A stretch of DNA of 64,000 nucleotides from Lytechinus pictus (lineage: Eukaryota), in the NCBI RefSeq assembly GCF_037042905.1, contig NC_087251.1, positions 32,738,001 to 32,802,000 on the forward strand, read 5' to 3'. The notes beneath the pieces are model-generated. The model did not search any database. It was given only the letters and a program-made list of their open reading frames with translations, and was not told the DNA's origin. Position 1 is the stretch's first letter. Each line of letters begins with the position of its first letter. Made by a program: the position numbers and the translations under genes. This document shows positions 1 through 37,530 of the stretch, in pieces.

Positions 1-590
1 CTAAAACCAGTTTAACGAGGCAAATCGGTCTTGAAAACTACATGTACATCTCAAGGTGGTTTTCCGAATTGGTTTGGAAGATCGCTTCCAAGACCACTTC
101 GACCGTTCTCATTATGCATTAAACTAGTTTCCAGTAAACTAGTTTTAGGGCGGTAATGAGAACAGGGTCTATGACACCATTCTCATGTAAGTAACATGTA
201 ATTATAACGGTCGTAGCGGTCTTGGAAGTGATCTTCAAAACTGGTTCAAAAAACCACCTCGCGATGTAGTTTTGAAGATCACTTTGCTTCGTTAAACTGG
301 TTTTAGCGTAAGTGAGGATACAACCGTTTTAGGGAAGCAATCTTCGCACATTTTGAGTGCGCTACTCCACACACTAAATGTGGAATGCCTACGCTGCGGT
401 CTCAAATTTCGTGTGAAACATATCACCTCAATGAGAGTGTTCCCATAGCAACAAGACTGCTTTACGTGAAGTGGTTTTGAAAACCACTTTCGGGTGATCA
501 AATGGGAACGCTAGCAAAGCGATCTTCCAAACTGGTTTCCTGAACCGATTTCCAGTAAAAAAGTTTTAGAAAGTATAATGAGAACGGTTT
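1..590. mobile_element. Two adjacent, oppositely oriented copies of a non-autonomous DNA transposon (MITE)
   Basis: 1-107 is a diverged reverse complement of 206-306; ccgttctcatta / taatgagaac(g/a)g terminal motifs recur at ~103, ~155-166, ~176-186 and ~576-587. Confidence 0.65.
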
Positions 591-1201
591 CAAGGAGCCA
601 TGGCTTGGCCCTGCATGAGTTTCTAGTGAGAAAATGCCAGGCTGAGACTACTTGCAGAGGTGAGCCAAATGCCCAGCTGTTTCAGGGCCTGTATTTGACC
701 TAAAAATAAAAATGCAGTCAATTTTTGCCCAAGCTCAGCTGCAGCTCAGCCTACTTTTTCCACTGTACTATATTGGGCCTAGATCCATTATGTCCAAAAC
801 AAATCATCCTGTAAATTTTTGTGAGTGAATTAAAAAGTTAATTTATTTGTTATACTTGGAAATGTGACAGATCTACTTGTTTCTGTATAGGAGGATTTCA
901 AGTTTTTTTCTGAACGCCAAAAGTGATTTACCGTAAATATTTCAAATAAGTCTTAGAGTAAGGTTTACCCACTAGCTTCTACACAATATGGTGGACTGTA
1001 CTTGAATCTCATGAAAATTATTTTGGCAAATTTAATTGCAGCCTACATGTACTTAATGAGGAAATTTCAGGCATGTAATGTGTATACTTCTATGTTGTCT
1101 CAATGAATTACATCATGTATAAAAATTAGATTAGCATGATCCCTCAACAACATCAAAACAGCCGGAAGATATGGAAGAGTGAAATAGCTTAATACCCGGT
1201 A

Positions 1202-1421
1202 CACTGCAAAATATCCGGTGTTGATTTAAGACCAGCCGGGAATATATATATGTCCACACCCGAGAAGTGTTAAACAACGCCGGTTTTGGTATTAGTCAAC
1301 ACCAATTAGTATCAAAACAGCATCGGTTTGATTCCAAACTGGTGTTGTTTCAATACTTCTCTGGTGTGGACATATATAGATTCCGAGCTGGTGTTAAATC
1401 AACACCAGAGTCTTTGCAGTG
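1202..1421. mobile_element. Palindromic MITE with CACTG...CAGTG ends (CMC/EnSpm-like)
   Basis: TA|cactgcaaaa...tttgcagtg|TA; ~80-bp imperfect inverted arms. Confidence 0.85.
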
Positions 1422-1766
1422 TACTGTACATGTGTATCCAGGGTGATGTACAGGGTGTTATTGACTGTATTTTTTTTCTTTCTCTCTTCCACTCTTCCCA
1501 TGCCTGACAATATCGGTCAGACTGCTTTGAAAATTTAACCACTAATTATTTAAAAAATTGATGAACATTTTTAGATTAAAAAGTTAATTTGATAGTATGT
1601 TAAAATGGTGTGCATCTTAAAGATACCAATCATAAAGTGTCTCATCAATGCAAAATATTTAATATTTCAATACCAGTAATGCAAAATCTATAAATGGTCA
1701 ATTTAACTCCTTGTTAGGTAATTATATTGTAATATTCTACTAACTAGTCAAATCTTAGCTACTGTC

Positions 1767-1847
1767 GGGCAATTCCATAAAATATGTACATCCGAGAAAA
1801 ATGGGGGTCAGATGTACAAAAAGGTTGATTATTTTATGGAATTGCCC
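1767..1847. mobile_element. 81-bp internally deleted MITE (same family as 37331-37530)
   Basis: TIR gggcaattccataaaat / attttatggaattgccc. Confidence 0.8.
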
Positions 1848-2455
1848 TATGTGAAAACTGTAGTTTTGGGTTCTCTCCTTATGAATGTTGGCCCTACATA
1901 CATGTATGAAATTGAAATCTCATTTTATAACCTATCTTGTTACATTAATTTTTTTTTCAGCTATTCATACACAAATTCATATTTACTTTCATTTTTAAAA
2001 TTTCATTGCAATATATCCTTAATATCCTATGTTTTTAATGATCATCAAAAGGAATAAGGAAGTATTCTATTTTGGTTTATTTATCACTATTATATTCATT
2101 GAAATATGATTAAAAATAAGAAAAGGTTGTAATATCTAAACATGTAACTTGGTTGATGCTCACATGTTTGTCTTTGATTTAGTGTAAAAGGTCAAAATGT
2201 GAGAGAATTGAATAATGATGAACTATCATCTACCGTCATAACATGATTAGGCTATCCACAGAAGTGAATTTGATTAAATCTATTTGTCATTCGCAAGTCG
2301 CAACATAATTATGGCATGGGCTAGCTGTACGAATGCCAGTGAAATGTATTGCAGCGCTGATCTCAAGGCCACGCCTCATGCAGTGGAGAGTTAAATATAG
2401 ATGAGAACCATGAAAATGTGCTGCAGTAAGCCTACATGTATTTGAGGTCAATTAA

Positions 2456-3925
2456 AGTTGAATTAAGAAGGGGGTGAGTTTCCATAAATATAGGTTCTAC
2501 ACACAATATATAGTATATATAAGTTGTTCAAACAGATAGCATGTCACAAAAATCCTCTGCCTTCTCGATATTTTGCTTTGAAAGTCTATGAAATTAGCCA
2601 CCTGTCAGAGCCCGAGAGACGAGTGTACAGAAAAGCCACTCGGAGTGTGACGTCACCGGGGGGAATTTAGTATAAGAGGTGCCTGAATGTCATACAGAAA
2701 TGCTATGCAGAGAGAGAAAGATATTTTACAATTTTTTTTCAAAGCAACTCAAATCAAACAAATAGGACTGATATGTACAAATCTTTACTTTCCCTGTATA
2801 AAAAACAGTATGAATAACCATCATGAACTCTTCAATCATGATGTAAGATAGCAAACAGTGAGTTATTGAATGATATTTTCACTATTTCTCATTTATTTTA
2901 TCACGATGTTCTATCAAGTGAATAGCTGGAAAGTAATTCCGGCGGCTAGCTCAGCTCTCGCTCAGCGCGCGCTGAACGCATAATACTAGTAGACACAACA
3001 CCCAGGCATTGAGTGTACTGCTATGGTCTGGTACGTCGACTTAGTTCATGGCCGTGCAGCGATCCCCTGGCGTTTTTTCTTCTTTTCTTTTGTCTTTGAC
3101 TCCACTTTTATATCCTCTGGATCATTTCCACTCATAGCTCATTCCACAGAACAATCTTGAACCAAACGTATTATTCTTTCTTGGCCTTCTGAGTTGTTTT
3201 CTATATTTAATTACGCTAGGGGTCACCGTCACACATACAAACGCAATTCGCAAGTGAGTTGAAGACAGAGGGATATTATAGTAATTAGTATACATATCTA
3301 TGGTTGAAGACAACAAGAAAGGTATGCGGTACGGTAGCTCGACAGCTAGCTGCGCCGGAGCGGGCGGCCGGTCGGCACAAAGCAATTCCGCAACCAACTG
3401 TGTTTTTTTGCAAGAGCCGCGTCACACGCGGATAAATATGTCATAATAACACGTCTGCTACGTTATCGACTGGTGAGAAGATCTCGATCAAATTTCATAT
3501 TATTCACCTTGAAATTATTCCTTTAGGGTCTATGGTATCATTCTGAGGGAATTTACATATTTGGAATAATAGTACGGCCACAAATATTTTAATCATTTCC
3601 TCTTTGCAAGTTCTACGGCTCGCAGATACAACTTCAACTGCAGTTATTCCATATGAAGGCGTACGTGCATAGTACACAAAGCGGCACTGCCTTGTTTACT
3701 ACACCGAGACCGAATACCCCCCGGTGACGTCACACTCAAAGAACACCCGTCTCGGTAGGCATTGCAGGAGCGAACTCAGGGAAAATGGGTAGGGATAAAT
3801 CGTTCAAATTCACTATTTTGAAAAAAGAAAATGGGGGGTCGAATCACCTCTTAGTGTTTGGGGGATTGTAAGGTTGCTATTAATGTAAATATCTCAATAT
3901 TTGGAATCGTCTTCTTAATTCAACT
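2456..3925. mobile_element. Non-autonomous TTAA-specific DNA transposon (Kolobok-like), ~1.47 kb
   Basis: TTAA|agttgaattaagaag...cttcttaattcaact|TTAA; internal inverted repeat gagtgtgacgtcaccggggg (~2643) / cccccggtgacgtcacactc (~3718). Confidence 0.85.
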
Positions 3926-4426
3926 TTAAAGCTCATGAACGGTCAAAGTGGTTAATTATCATACATAATTTGCATCGCAGAGCGAGTCCTTGGCATTCCA
4001 AAGAATAGGCGCACAGTGAAGGGTTTATGATATGCGTTTCATTATTACAATGTAAGTTCTTTGCACATACACTGTACACCTGTAGTAGATGACAACCATG
4101 ATAGTAATATGTTTTCTAAGTAGGCCTATCTTATCAAATATTTCACTGTTTTTTTGTTTTTGTTCAGGAGGGGAAAGGGTATGTACAATGTACATAACAG
4201 TCATACACACCTTGAATTTGGGGGAGAAAAATTGAATTTTCTGTATCAGAATTTAGGAGCTTTTCTTTCTGCTTCCTGCTCATTCCAATGGTGCTTTACT
4301 GTACTGGTTGAGTTATTGAACCCTACCTGTGTGACATGACAAAAATTATATTGAAAAATAATATTTTGATAAATGGGACATGTTTCAAGGAATACACAGC
4401 CCTCACCCCCAGCATGAAAATGCAGT

Positions 4427-4856
4427 CATTGGTGGTCATTGAAATGAATATCGAGTAACTGGTAATAAACAATTTTTTAAAATGTAGTTACATAAAATGT
4501 GGTACAGTATAATATTTATGGGGGGGGGGGGGCTATTTTGGACATGATGGGCTAAATGATCATTCTCATGGTGTTCATTGAAATGAATATCGAGTAACTG
4601 GTAATAAACAATTTTCAAAAATGTAGATACATATGATTAATGTGGTACAGCATAATATTTATGGGGAGGGGGCTATTTTGGACATGATGGGCTAAATTAA
4701 ATGATCATTCTCATTGGTGGTCATTGAAATGAATATCGAGTAACTGGTAATAAACAATGTTCAAAAATGTAGTTACATATGATTAATGTGGTACAGCATA
4801 ATATTTATGGGGGGCTAGGGCTATTTTGGACATGATGGGCTAAATGATCATTCTCT
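4427..4856. repeat. Minisatellite, 3 copies of ~140-150 bp
   Basis: Unit tcattgaaatgaatatcgagtaactggtaataaacaat...gggctattttggacatgatgggctaaatgatcattctc repeated three times. Confidence 0.92.
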
Positions 4857-6670
4857 TGTGCTTTTCACCATTAAAATTGAAAATAACTTTCATTGGGTTT
4901 AAAATTCATTTACTGTAAAGTACCATGTGTGGGAAACCAATTAGGAAAAACGAGTGTTACCTTTTTGCTCATTTTTCCCCCTTAAAAATAGAAATACCAA
5001 AGGAGATGAATTGTCAGATACAGGTAAAAGAGGCAAACGATGATAATGGGAATTTGATAACAGTTCCATATTTTCTTATGATTTCTCAAATTTTCTGGAT
5101 TTCTGCTAACAGCATCATGGGAATTATTTCTTTATTTTCTTAATCTATACCTTACAGACATGATATTAAACCCTCTTTCCAAATTACAAATGCATTCACT
5201 TCCTCGTTGCATTGAATCTGCAATTAGAATGGTCTTAAGGGGGTGGTGCACAATGGGTGAACATTTTTCAGTATAATTGGAAATCAGAATAAAATTTTGA
5301 TGATTTCAGTAAAAATAAAATACATTTTTGCTGATTTATTTGTGGCATGGTTGTATACAGTTGACCTAGTAAATGAGTACCGGTATAATGTAAATATGAA
5401 TGTTTTTTCCTATTATGCATTTTATGATTGATTCAATTTGTTAGTATAATAAAGATTTTTTAATGGAGTTTGTCTCCTTTTTGTTAAAAAAGATTGATTT
5501 TATATGAAGCATAGGTAGATACATGTACATAAAAATGAAACAAGTTGATTTTGAAGTTGTATGCAGCTCAGCATCATCTGGAATGATATCCATTTTTAAA
5601 CACTTTCTTTACTTTCTTTTTTTTTTGCTCAAAAGTATTAAAAATTACATGATGAAGTTATTTCCCACTATATTCTAATCTTTAGATTTCATGAATTTTC
5701 CATAGATCTGCGATACCACCTTTTCTGTCATATATATTCAATACCCTTTATAATAATATTTATGAGAAAATGAATTTAATTTAGATAAGTCTTTTATTTT
5801 CGATTGTTTTTTTTAGGAATTCACATTAGTTGTTAGATGATGGTTGGACATCGGCGTCCTCTCCTCTTAGGGGTGTCATAAGATAATAGGATTCTGTTAA
5901 AAGGAAAATTATCATAAGTCTTGCCTACAGTCACTCAATAAGACAGATATCTCCCAGGAGAACACTCGCTCTTTAATGATGCGTTAGAAAAGCTATCTCT
6001 TCTTCCCAAAAGAGATTTCCTACCCTATCAGATTATGTTACTCTACTTCATAGCAAAGCCTGTCCTTTTGTGTATTTGAGCTCTTTGATACAAATTTGGA
6101 AAGTGACCTCATGAATATTTTGTAAAATATTTAACAGTTGTGCCTGCAAGGTACACTGAATCCTTGTATAAGAGTTTTAACTTTGAAGCTCAATTATGGT
6201 CTTGAGTAAAGAGCTTAAACAACAGTCTGCTATGATCTAAAAGAATCTAAAATGGTAATAAATCCTGGTTCTTAAAGCAGAAAAAAAATTGAGAAATATA
6301 TTCAAACTTCTATAAGTATTGATCAAAGTATTAATTATTCATACTTGTGTGGAACTTTATACTTCAATTGATTTTTAAGTTTCACACGAGTAATGCAAAA
6401 GTTTCTTTTTATGAAGAATTAAAGGTGTGTCAATTCCTCAGTGATTTTACAAAGCTCCTTAATCTCAGCCAGTCTCCAAAACAAGCTTTATAAATAATTG
6501 CATTCAAGATTGGAAATTCATCAATTATTAATACCAATTTAATGGATGAATTATGTCAGTTTATATTATGCAAAATTTTGTCCACATTTATTATTTGAAA
6601 TGAAACACAGGAAAGCATTTTAGAAATTGATTAAATTTACGAAAAACAGAGGGTTTAGGTCATTTCTTAA

Positions 6671-6865
6671 AGGTCAAGTCCACCCCAGAAAAAAAAGTTG
6701 ATTTTAATAAAAAGAGAAAAATCAAACAAGCATAACACTGAAAATTTCATCAAAATCGATGTAAAGTAAGAAAGTTATGACATTTTAAAGTTTCACTCAT
6801 AAAAAAAAAAACACAGATCAATATGCACAACTCAGTGATATGCAACTTATGAGAGAGTCGATGAT
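6671..6865 (+). mobile_element. Truncated copy of the TTAA/Kolobok-like MITE family of 10485-11069
   Basis: ttaa|aggtcaagtccaccccagaaaa...aaatttcatcaaaatcg; left end only. Confidence 0.8.
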
Positions 6866-8946
6866 ACACATGGAAGCAACAGGTTAAACATCTTTACTGT
6901 TGCATAGATTGATATGTGATCTTAAATTAATATACTTAATATTCACCAGAAATGAAACTTGAAAAAAGTCAGACTTATTCAGTCAGTTTGATGCCAATTT
7001 CTTAATTGCTATTTCTATCAAATCTTGGCTGTCATGTTTTTTCAGATCCTTTGTGGATATTCCATTATTACCATCGAGTGACCATCTTGCAAAGACAGGT
7101 GTCTGATCATTACCTTCAACGGCATTGATTGCAATCACCGTGGACTACATTCATTTCTCTCATTTCCCTTTTTTTCCAATCTTCTGAAATATCTTTTCTC
7201 ACCTACTTCCTTTTGACAGTTTTTTCAATACCATTTCAGTCATCACTTTGCAATAAATATATTTCCCAAACCGTGGATGTCTGAGATGTATTTTTCATGA
7301 TCAAAATGAGAGCAAGTTAAAAGATGAAAATGATCAATATTCTATAAGTGTTAAAGAGGGTATTTGTGATCTAAAAACAGCTATGCACTGTCATTCTTCA
7401 GAGGAAATTTTGTTGGATATGTATCAGAAAATAATTAAGAATCTATTATTTTCTATATTTTGTTTTATTTTCATTATTTGCCATTTAATTTTTTCTGCTG
7501 TAATCTACAAAGACTCTGTAGTCTTTTTGAAGTCAAAGTATTGAAATAATGAATAAAAATTTTACTCTTCTAGGCTATTTTCATTTTGAGATTTAAAATC
7601 ATATTTAGCATTCATAACATTTTACTTCAAGTAGATTTTGCATGAATGGGGAAGGTGGTACAACTACTGAAAACTAACTCTTAAAAAAATCACAAAAAAG
7701 GAAGAAATCTGAGTTAAAAAACCCACTAGTTTATCAGTTAATCCTTATTATTTTGGGAATAAACCTTTGATAATCATAGGGCCTTTGTCCAGCCATTTGT
7801 TTAAATTAGCGTATATATAGTAAATGTTGCTTATTTCCTGTACTTTGTATCACTTGATTGATATTGTAAGGAAGTAAGTTTATATATTTTTTCAATCATT
7901 GCTGTTTTGGATTGTTTTGTGCATTTTTGCTATCAATATTTAATGAATCGTAGAAAAATAACTGAAATTGAAATTGCCTATTTGTAAGTGATTTCTCCAA
8001 TATCAAAACAAAGTGTGATAAACATATGTCATTCAAGTGTATATACACCCTCACCTGACGAGTAAAGACTATGGCATACCATTCATGTGGATTTTGTTGC
8101 GTGCTTGTCAAAGGTACATGGTAGGGTTTGGCAAATCGGTGGAACAGGCAGTGCAAATCTAATTTGAATCACGGAAAGACATGCTCAGTCCAAGCGCATC
8201 ACAAAAATAGCTTACTGTAAACATTTCAATCAAATGGACGGCACTTTTTAAGTAGAAGAGGGGAGAAAAAGGGAGGATTCGCGAGATTGGAAATATGACC
8301 TGGTCACTGCACTTCGATTGAATATGGAGATGGGCACCAGGACAATGGACAGCAGTCAAGTGGAATTTTCTTCTCAACATGTTAATGTTTACTTGCTCTC
8401 AATATACACCTTCTTTTTCTTTCTTTCTTTCCAAGCTAGTCCTTTAAGGATGCTCTAGTTAAATGGAATCTGTTTGATGCCTATATAGGCCTACATGTGT
8501 ACGCTGCCTCCAAGTCCACTGCTTGTCTTTTACCCTTTTATGTTCATGTTTCATTAATTTTCCAATATCTAGGACTGAATTGAATCACCAGAGATTTAGG
8601 TTTGTGCCTATGATGTCGGGATTTGTTGAGTATATTGCATTTCAAGTTCAAAGCACATGATTTTTTTTAATATACAAGATTCTTTCCATCAACTGCATAT
8701 AAATCTAGAGTAAAGTAATACTTTAATGGAGAGATTTGTAAATATTTAGTTACTGTATGTAGGTTGCCATGAATAAGCAGAATAATAATTTTTTTTTCAT
8801 GCATTTGAATATTTCATTTAAAAAGTAATCTTATATGCTGTACATAAGTGAGCAGGATAATTGTAGACTGACCTACAATGAGTTTGGTTTTGAACATTAT
8901 AGTACAAATGAGTGTTTCATCTGCAAATGTTTTCTTTCTTAGCATA

Positions 8947-9095
8947 CACTCCGAGAATTTGTTAACCAACCTATCGTATCAGTTTGTTCAGATATGAATC
9001 TACCGACTATTGGTCAAAACAAAATTGCATGCAATTGCAAAATGAATTGTTAACCAACAGTTGCTCATTTCATATTTAATAAAAACTCTTGAGTG
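8947..9095. mobile_element. Small CACTC...GAGTG MITE
   Basis: TA|cactccgag...cttgagtg|TA; internal repeat ttgttaaccaac. Confidence 0.55.
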
Positions 9096-9234
9096 TAGTA
9101 GAGTCCAACCTGTTAAGACCACAAGTCTTTTCCCCCTTGATTTATATTCCCCTTTGAAACATGTTTTACAAGAACCTGTCCATGAAGACCACCTGTTTGT
9201 AAAGACCTTGTTTTTGGGTCTCTTGGTCTCCCTA

Positions 9235-9696
9235 GGTGGTTTCAGACCACCTTGGAAGTTCATCAGTTCCAGGTATTTTCTGATCAGGAAATTTATCGTG
9301 ATCAGAAAATACCAGGTAATTTTGGCAGTGTGAAGGCGATTACGCGTAATCTTTCCGAAAGAAAATACCCGCTAAATAGTAGGTACTTGTCAAAATTACG
9401 AGAACTTTTGCAGGGATTTCTCCAAGGTCGCAGGAACTTTTAACAGGAACAGGAACTTTTAGCCCAGCGTGTAGTTGGGCGCGGGCGACGTGGGTGGCTG
9501 CTGAGCTAGCGATTTTGAATCTTGTGCCTTGCTTTCTTATCAGACCATACTGCGCATGCTTGTAACTTCAGGAGCTTATCCCAAGGGTATGTTTCCGGGC
9601 GATGTGAATGTGGGAATGATTAACAGATATTTCTTAGCCTGAAAAAGTTCTTGTTATTGTGACGGATTCTTGTGATCGAGGCGGTTTGAAATCACC
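9235..9696. mobile_element. MITE (Harbinger-like), probably nested in an older Tc1/mariner-like MITE (~9100-9725)
   Basis: Imperfect TIR ggtggtttcagaccacct / aggcggtttgaaatcacc; internal hairpin ggtattttctgatca...tgatcagaaaatacc; outer ends caacctgt / acaggttg..ctgta. Confidence 0.65.
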
Positions 9697-10285
9697 TCTT
9701 GTTAATGTACAGGTTGACTACTGTATATTTGTACATGTAGAATTGACATGGTCTGGATGTGTGCCCAGACTGGACCATGTGGTCTAAGTTAGATATGAAA
9801 CTATTATAGCCACTCTAAACCAAAGGGTAGCGAATGGATACTTGACGTGGATATGGTCTCATTTCTGGCATTCTTAGAGATGGGCTCAGCCTGGAATAAA
9901 ACTTTTGAGGTGTAAGAATGATAATGAGAATGAAAATAATTCAAGGATGCAACAGACTTATTAAAGACTTAAACTTTTGAAAAATGTACATGTACCTTTT
10001 ATGAACATATTTTTTGAAAGAAGTTAAGTGGTCTGATAAAGCTATCATGATGGTGAATTGGTGATGATGCAATTTTCCATTATTACTGATTTTTGTTTTA
10101 AAAATAAGCCCTTCTGAATATTTCTATAAAGATTGATATCAAGAATGTGTTTTTGTAATTTGATTTCCTGCCAATCGGCAGTTATGTGGTGGGCGTTTTG
10201 GCAGAAAATGTCAAACCGTCAATCGCTCAGGAGTTGTTTACAGACGTGTCACGGATGCTCATCTCCCGAGTTTTCAAAGTATTGA

Positions 10286-34631
<24,346 letters not shown>

Positions 34632-35218
34632 TTAAGGCTGTATTGGATGAGAGGTATATATTGTAGGCAGAATATTATTACCACTAGCCAAACAGGATTT
34701 TCCATGTATTTTATTCTTTATTCTTCCAAGTAATTCATTACACGAAAATGAAGAAACTTATTCTTATTGTCGGAATTGCCTGTTTTCGGCACTCATGTAA
34801 TGCCAATGATATATGATTTATTTTGACAAAAACTCTTCTTTTTAGCAGGCGAGATATATGATGGAATCTCACCAGTGGTAATGTTACATTTCATTATTTA
34901 TCATCAATTCGGATTTGCCTGTAGGCCTAATGAAATATCTTTCATTATTATTATAATTATTTTTAAAGTTTGTTGATCAGTTTGAACTTTCTTTAGTCTT
35001 GTCCTCTTTCTTGATTGATCTAATCTGACTTCTTAGATAGCTTTTTAAAAAACCCATTAAAAAAGTATTTCAACCATTTTCATTAAATTACAATAATTTT
35101 TTTTTAAAGTTATAAATCATTGCTTGGATGTTAAGATCCTATGGCACAATTTTGAGGGAAATAATGACTAGATAACCTTACAAGTGATATTCTGTCCAAA
35201 ATCCAGCATTTAATTTTT

Positions 35219-36053
35219 GTCTCACCTGCATAGCAGAGTGAGACTATAGGCGCCACTTTTCCGAAGGCGGTGGCGTCAACATTAAATCTGAACCGAAGGT
35301 TAAGTTTTTGAAATGACAGCATAACTCTGGACCTAGTTCCAACTTGGACATAAGGTTAATCAAGTATTACTGAACATCCTGCCTGAGTTTCAGGTCACAT
35401 GACCAAGGTTAAAGGTCATTTAGGGTCAATGAACTTAGACCATTTGGGGGAATCAACATCAAAATCTTAACCTAAGTTCAAGTTTTTGAAATTTCGACAT
35501 AACTTCGAAAGTTTATGGACATAGTTAATGAAACTTGGCCATAAGGGTAAATCAAGTATTACTGAACATCCTTTCTGAGTTTCAAGTCACATGACCCAGG
35601 TCAAAGGTCATTTAGGGTCAATGAACTTTGACCAAGTTGGGGGTATTTGTTGAATTGCCACCATAACTTTGAAAGTTTATGGATCTGATTCATATAACTT
35701 GGACATAAGAGTAATCAAGTATCACTGAACATCCTGTGTGTGTTTCAGGTCACATGACCAAGGTCAAAGGTCATTTAAGGTCAGTGAACTTTGGCCACGT
35801 TGGTGGTAGTTTTTAAATTGCTGTCATACTTCCAATGTTTATGGATATAGTTTATGAAATGTGGACATGGTATCACTGACAGGTCTTAGGTCACATGATC
35901 AAGGTCAAATATCATTTAGGGTCAATGAACGTAGTATTGTATCATTATATGAATGGTGTTTTTTGTGAATAATGATTTTATAGTAGTTTTCAAAGTCAGC
36001 ACTGCTGCTATATTGAATTGGTGATGCAGGTGAGACTGCCAGAGCCTCTCCAC
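35219..36053 (+). mobile_element. Helentron/HINE-like (DINE-1/pearl-type) element with internal ~163-bp tandem repeats
   Basis: Inserted in a T-run; 5' hairpin gtctcacctgc-ata-gcagagtgagac; 3' subterminal inverted copy atgcaggtgagac (36024-36036); four internal units containing ggtcacatgaccaaggtcaaaggtcatttagggtcaatgaac. Confidence 0.85.
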
Positions 36054-36103
36054 TTTTTAAGACAAGAAGCCACTATACCATGTTGAGGCAATCTTTGTGA
36101 ATA

Positions 36104-36830
36104 CAGTCCGACCTCTCTTATCCAGACACGTTGGGACCAGCACCAATCCGGATAAGGGATTTATCTGGATCTGGGAGACCCAATATCAAATACACGCAGC
36201 TGCCTCCCCAACGGTGGTAGCTACACGTAATCTATTGTAGTGGGCGTACACAGACAGTATTCACTGCAGTGTCAGTTCAAATTATAAGCGGTATTTTAAC
36301 GGAAATGAAATCGATCGATGGCCAAAACTCTTGGATAATTTACCTGCTAATATGAATGAGGTATACATCAAGCATACTTTGAAAGAAAGAGAATGACTAG
36401 ATGAAACTAAGTTTTACAATTAGATCATCGCGGCGGGTATCGCAGCTTCGCAATGTCAGCCATTGTTATACTGACTGTAGGCTCAAACAAGCGCTAGCTA
36501 GCAAGACATGTGTTTCCCCGGGAAATAAAAAGAGAACGTGATGAAATGTTTGTAAACGCTCTGATTTACTGGAATATTATCCTGTCTTTGTTCTTTCGGT
36601 GATTTGGATGAGATATTTTCATGAAAAATAATGTTGTTTGTAGATAGACTATATTGGAAAATATATGTACCGGTAATCAAAGTGAGTTTGCGTATAGGAT
36701 TGAGTTTGATTGAAGTCTCATTTCCCCCACGTACTAGATTGAATTAGACCAAAAAAAAATCTCGGCAAATGTGCGTCCGGATAATAGAGAGATCCGGATA
36801 AGGGGAGGCCGGATAAGAGAGGTCGGACTG
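36104..36830. mobile_element. Tc1/mariner (pogo/Tigger-like) MITE
   Basis: TA|cagtccgacctctcttatcc...ggataagagaggtcggactg|TA; perfect 20-bp TIR; subterminal ccggataa repeats. Confidence 0.92.
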
Positions 36831-37330
36831 TATATTGTTTTTCCACATTGATTCAGTTTCACTCTCCTGAATATTTGATTTATTAGATATTAAAAGTTTG
36901 TCAACCTGGATATAAAAAAAGCAACATATCTTTAGAGACAGAATGTGTCTCACCACCCGTCCAAGAATTAATAACCAATTTCTTATTTCAGAAAGCTACA
37001 ATCTGATTGAAAAATTTCCTTATGTAGTTATCCTAATATTTTCTCAAGAACTTCCCAGTATAAGATATAGTTTATATAAAGAATTGTATCCTTGTTACAT
37101 ATAGAAGATACATTTTATCTGTTTTGCTGAAAAAGTTAAGCTCAAAAGTATGTTTCCTTTTGTTTTGCTACATTTTATGTCATTTAATTGCCATGAAATT
37201 GTTGGCAGTATTTTTAAGACGAAAAGATTATTTCTTAATGTCAAGTTGTCGAGAACTTATTTCGGGAAGTAGGGGTGGATGTTTTATTTGTCTGAGCCAG
37301 ATGTTAGGTAAATTGATTCAATTATTTATA

Positions 37331-37530
37331 GGGCAATTCCACAAAATATGTACGTCCGACCCCCTACATGTGGGAACTTCATGAAATTTTCTGTCTCTGA
37401 TTTCTTGTTCTTTTGATAGTCTGTATTGTTCTCAAAGGACCATGACTTGGTCAGTTTATGAAGTGAAGTATGACTTAAGAAAAATGGGGGTCGGACGTAC
37501 AAAAAGGTTGATTATTTTATGGAATTGCCC
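37331..37530. mobile_element. 200-bp TA-flanked MITE
   Basis: TA|gggcaattccacaaaat..gtacgtccgacccc...ggggtcggacgtac..attttatggaattgccc|TA. Confidence 0.88.

Noticed and set aside
7046..7106. Possible extra MLK exon after ttttttcag (RSFVDIPLLPSSDHLAKTGV*)
   Set aside because: No kinase similarity, weak donor and an early stop; unsupported without transcript data.
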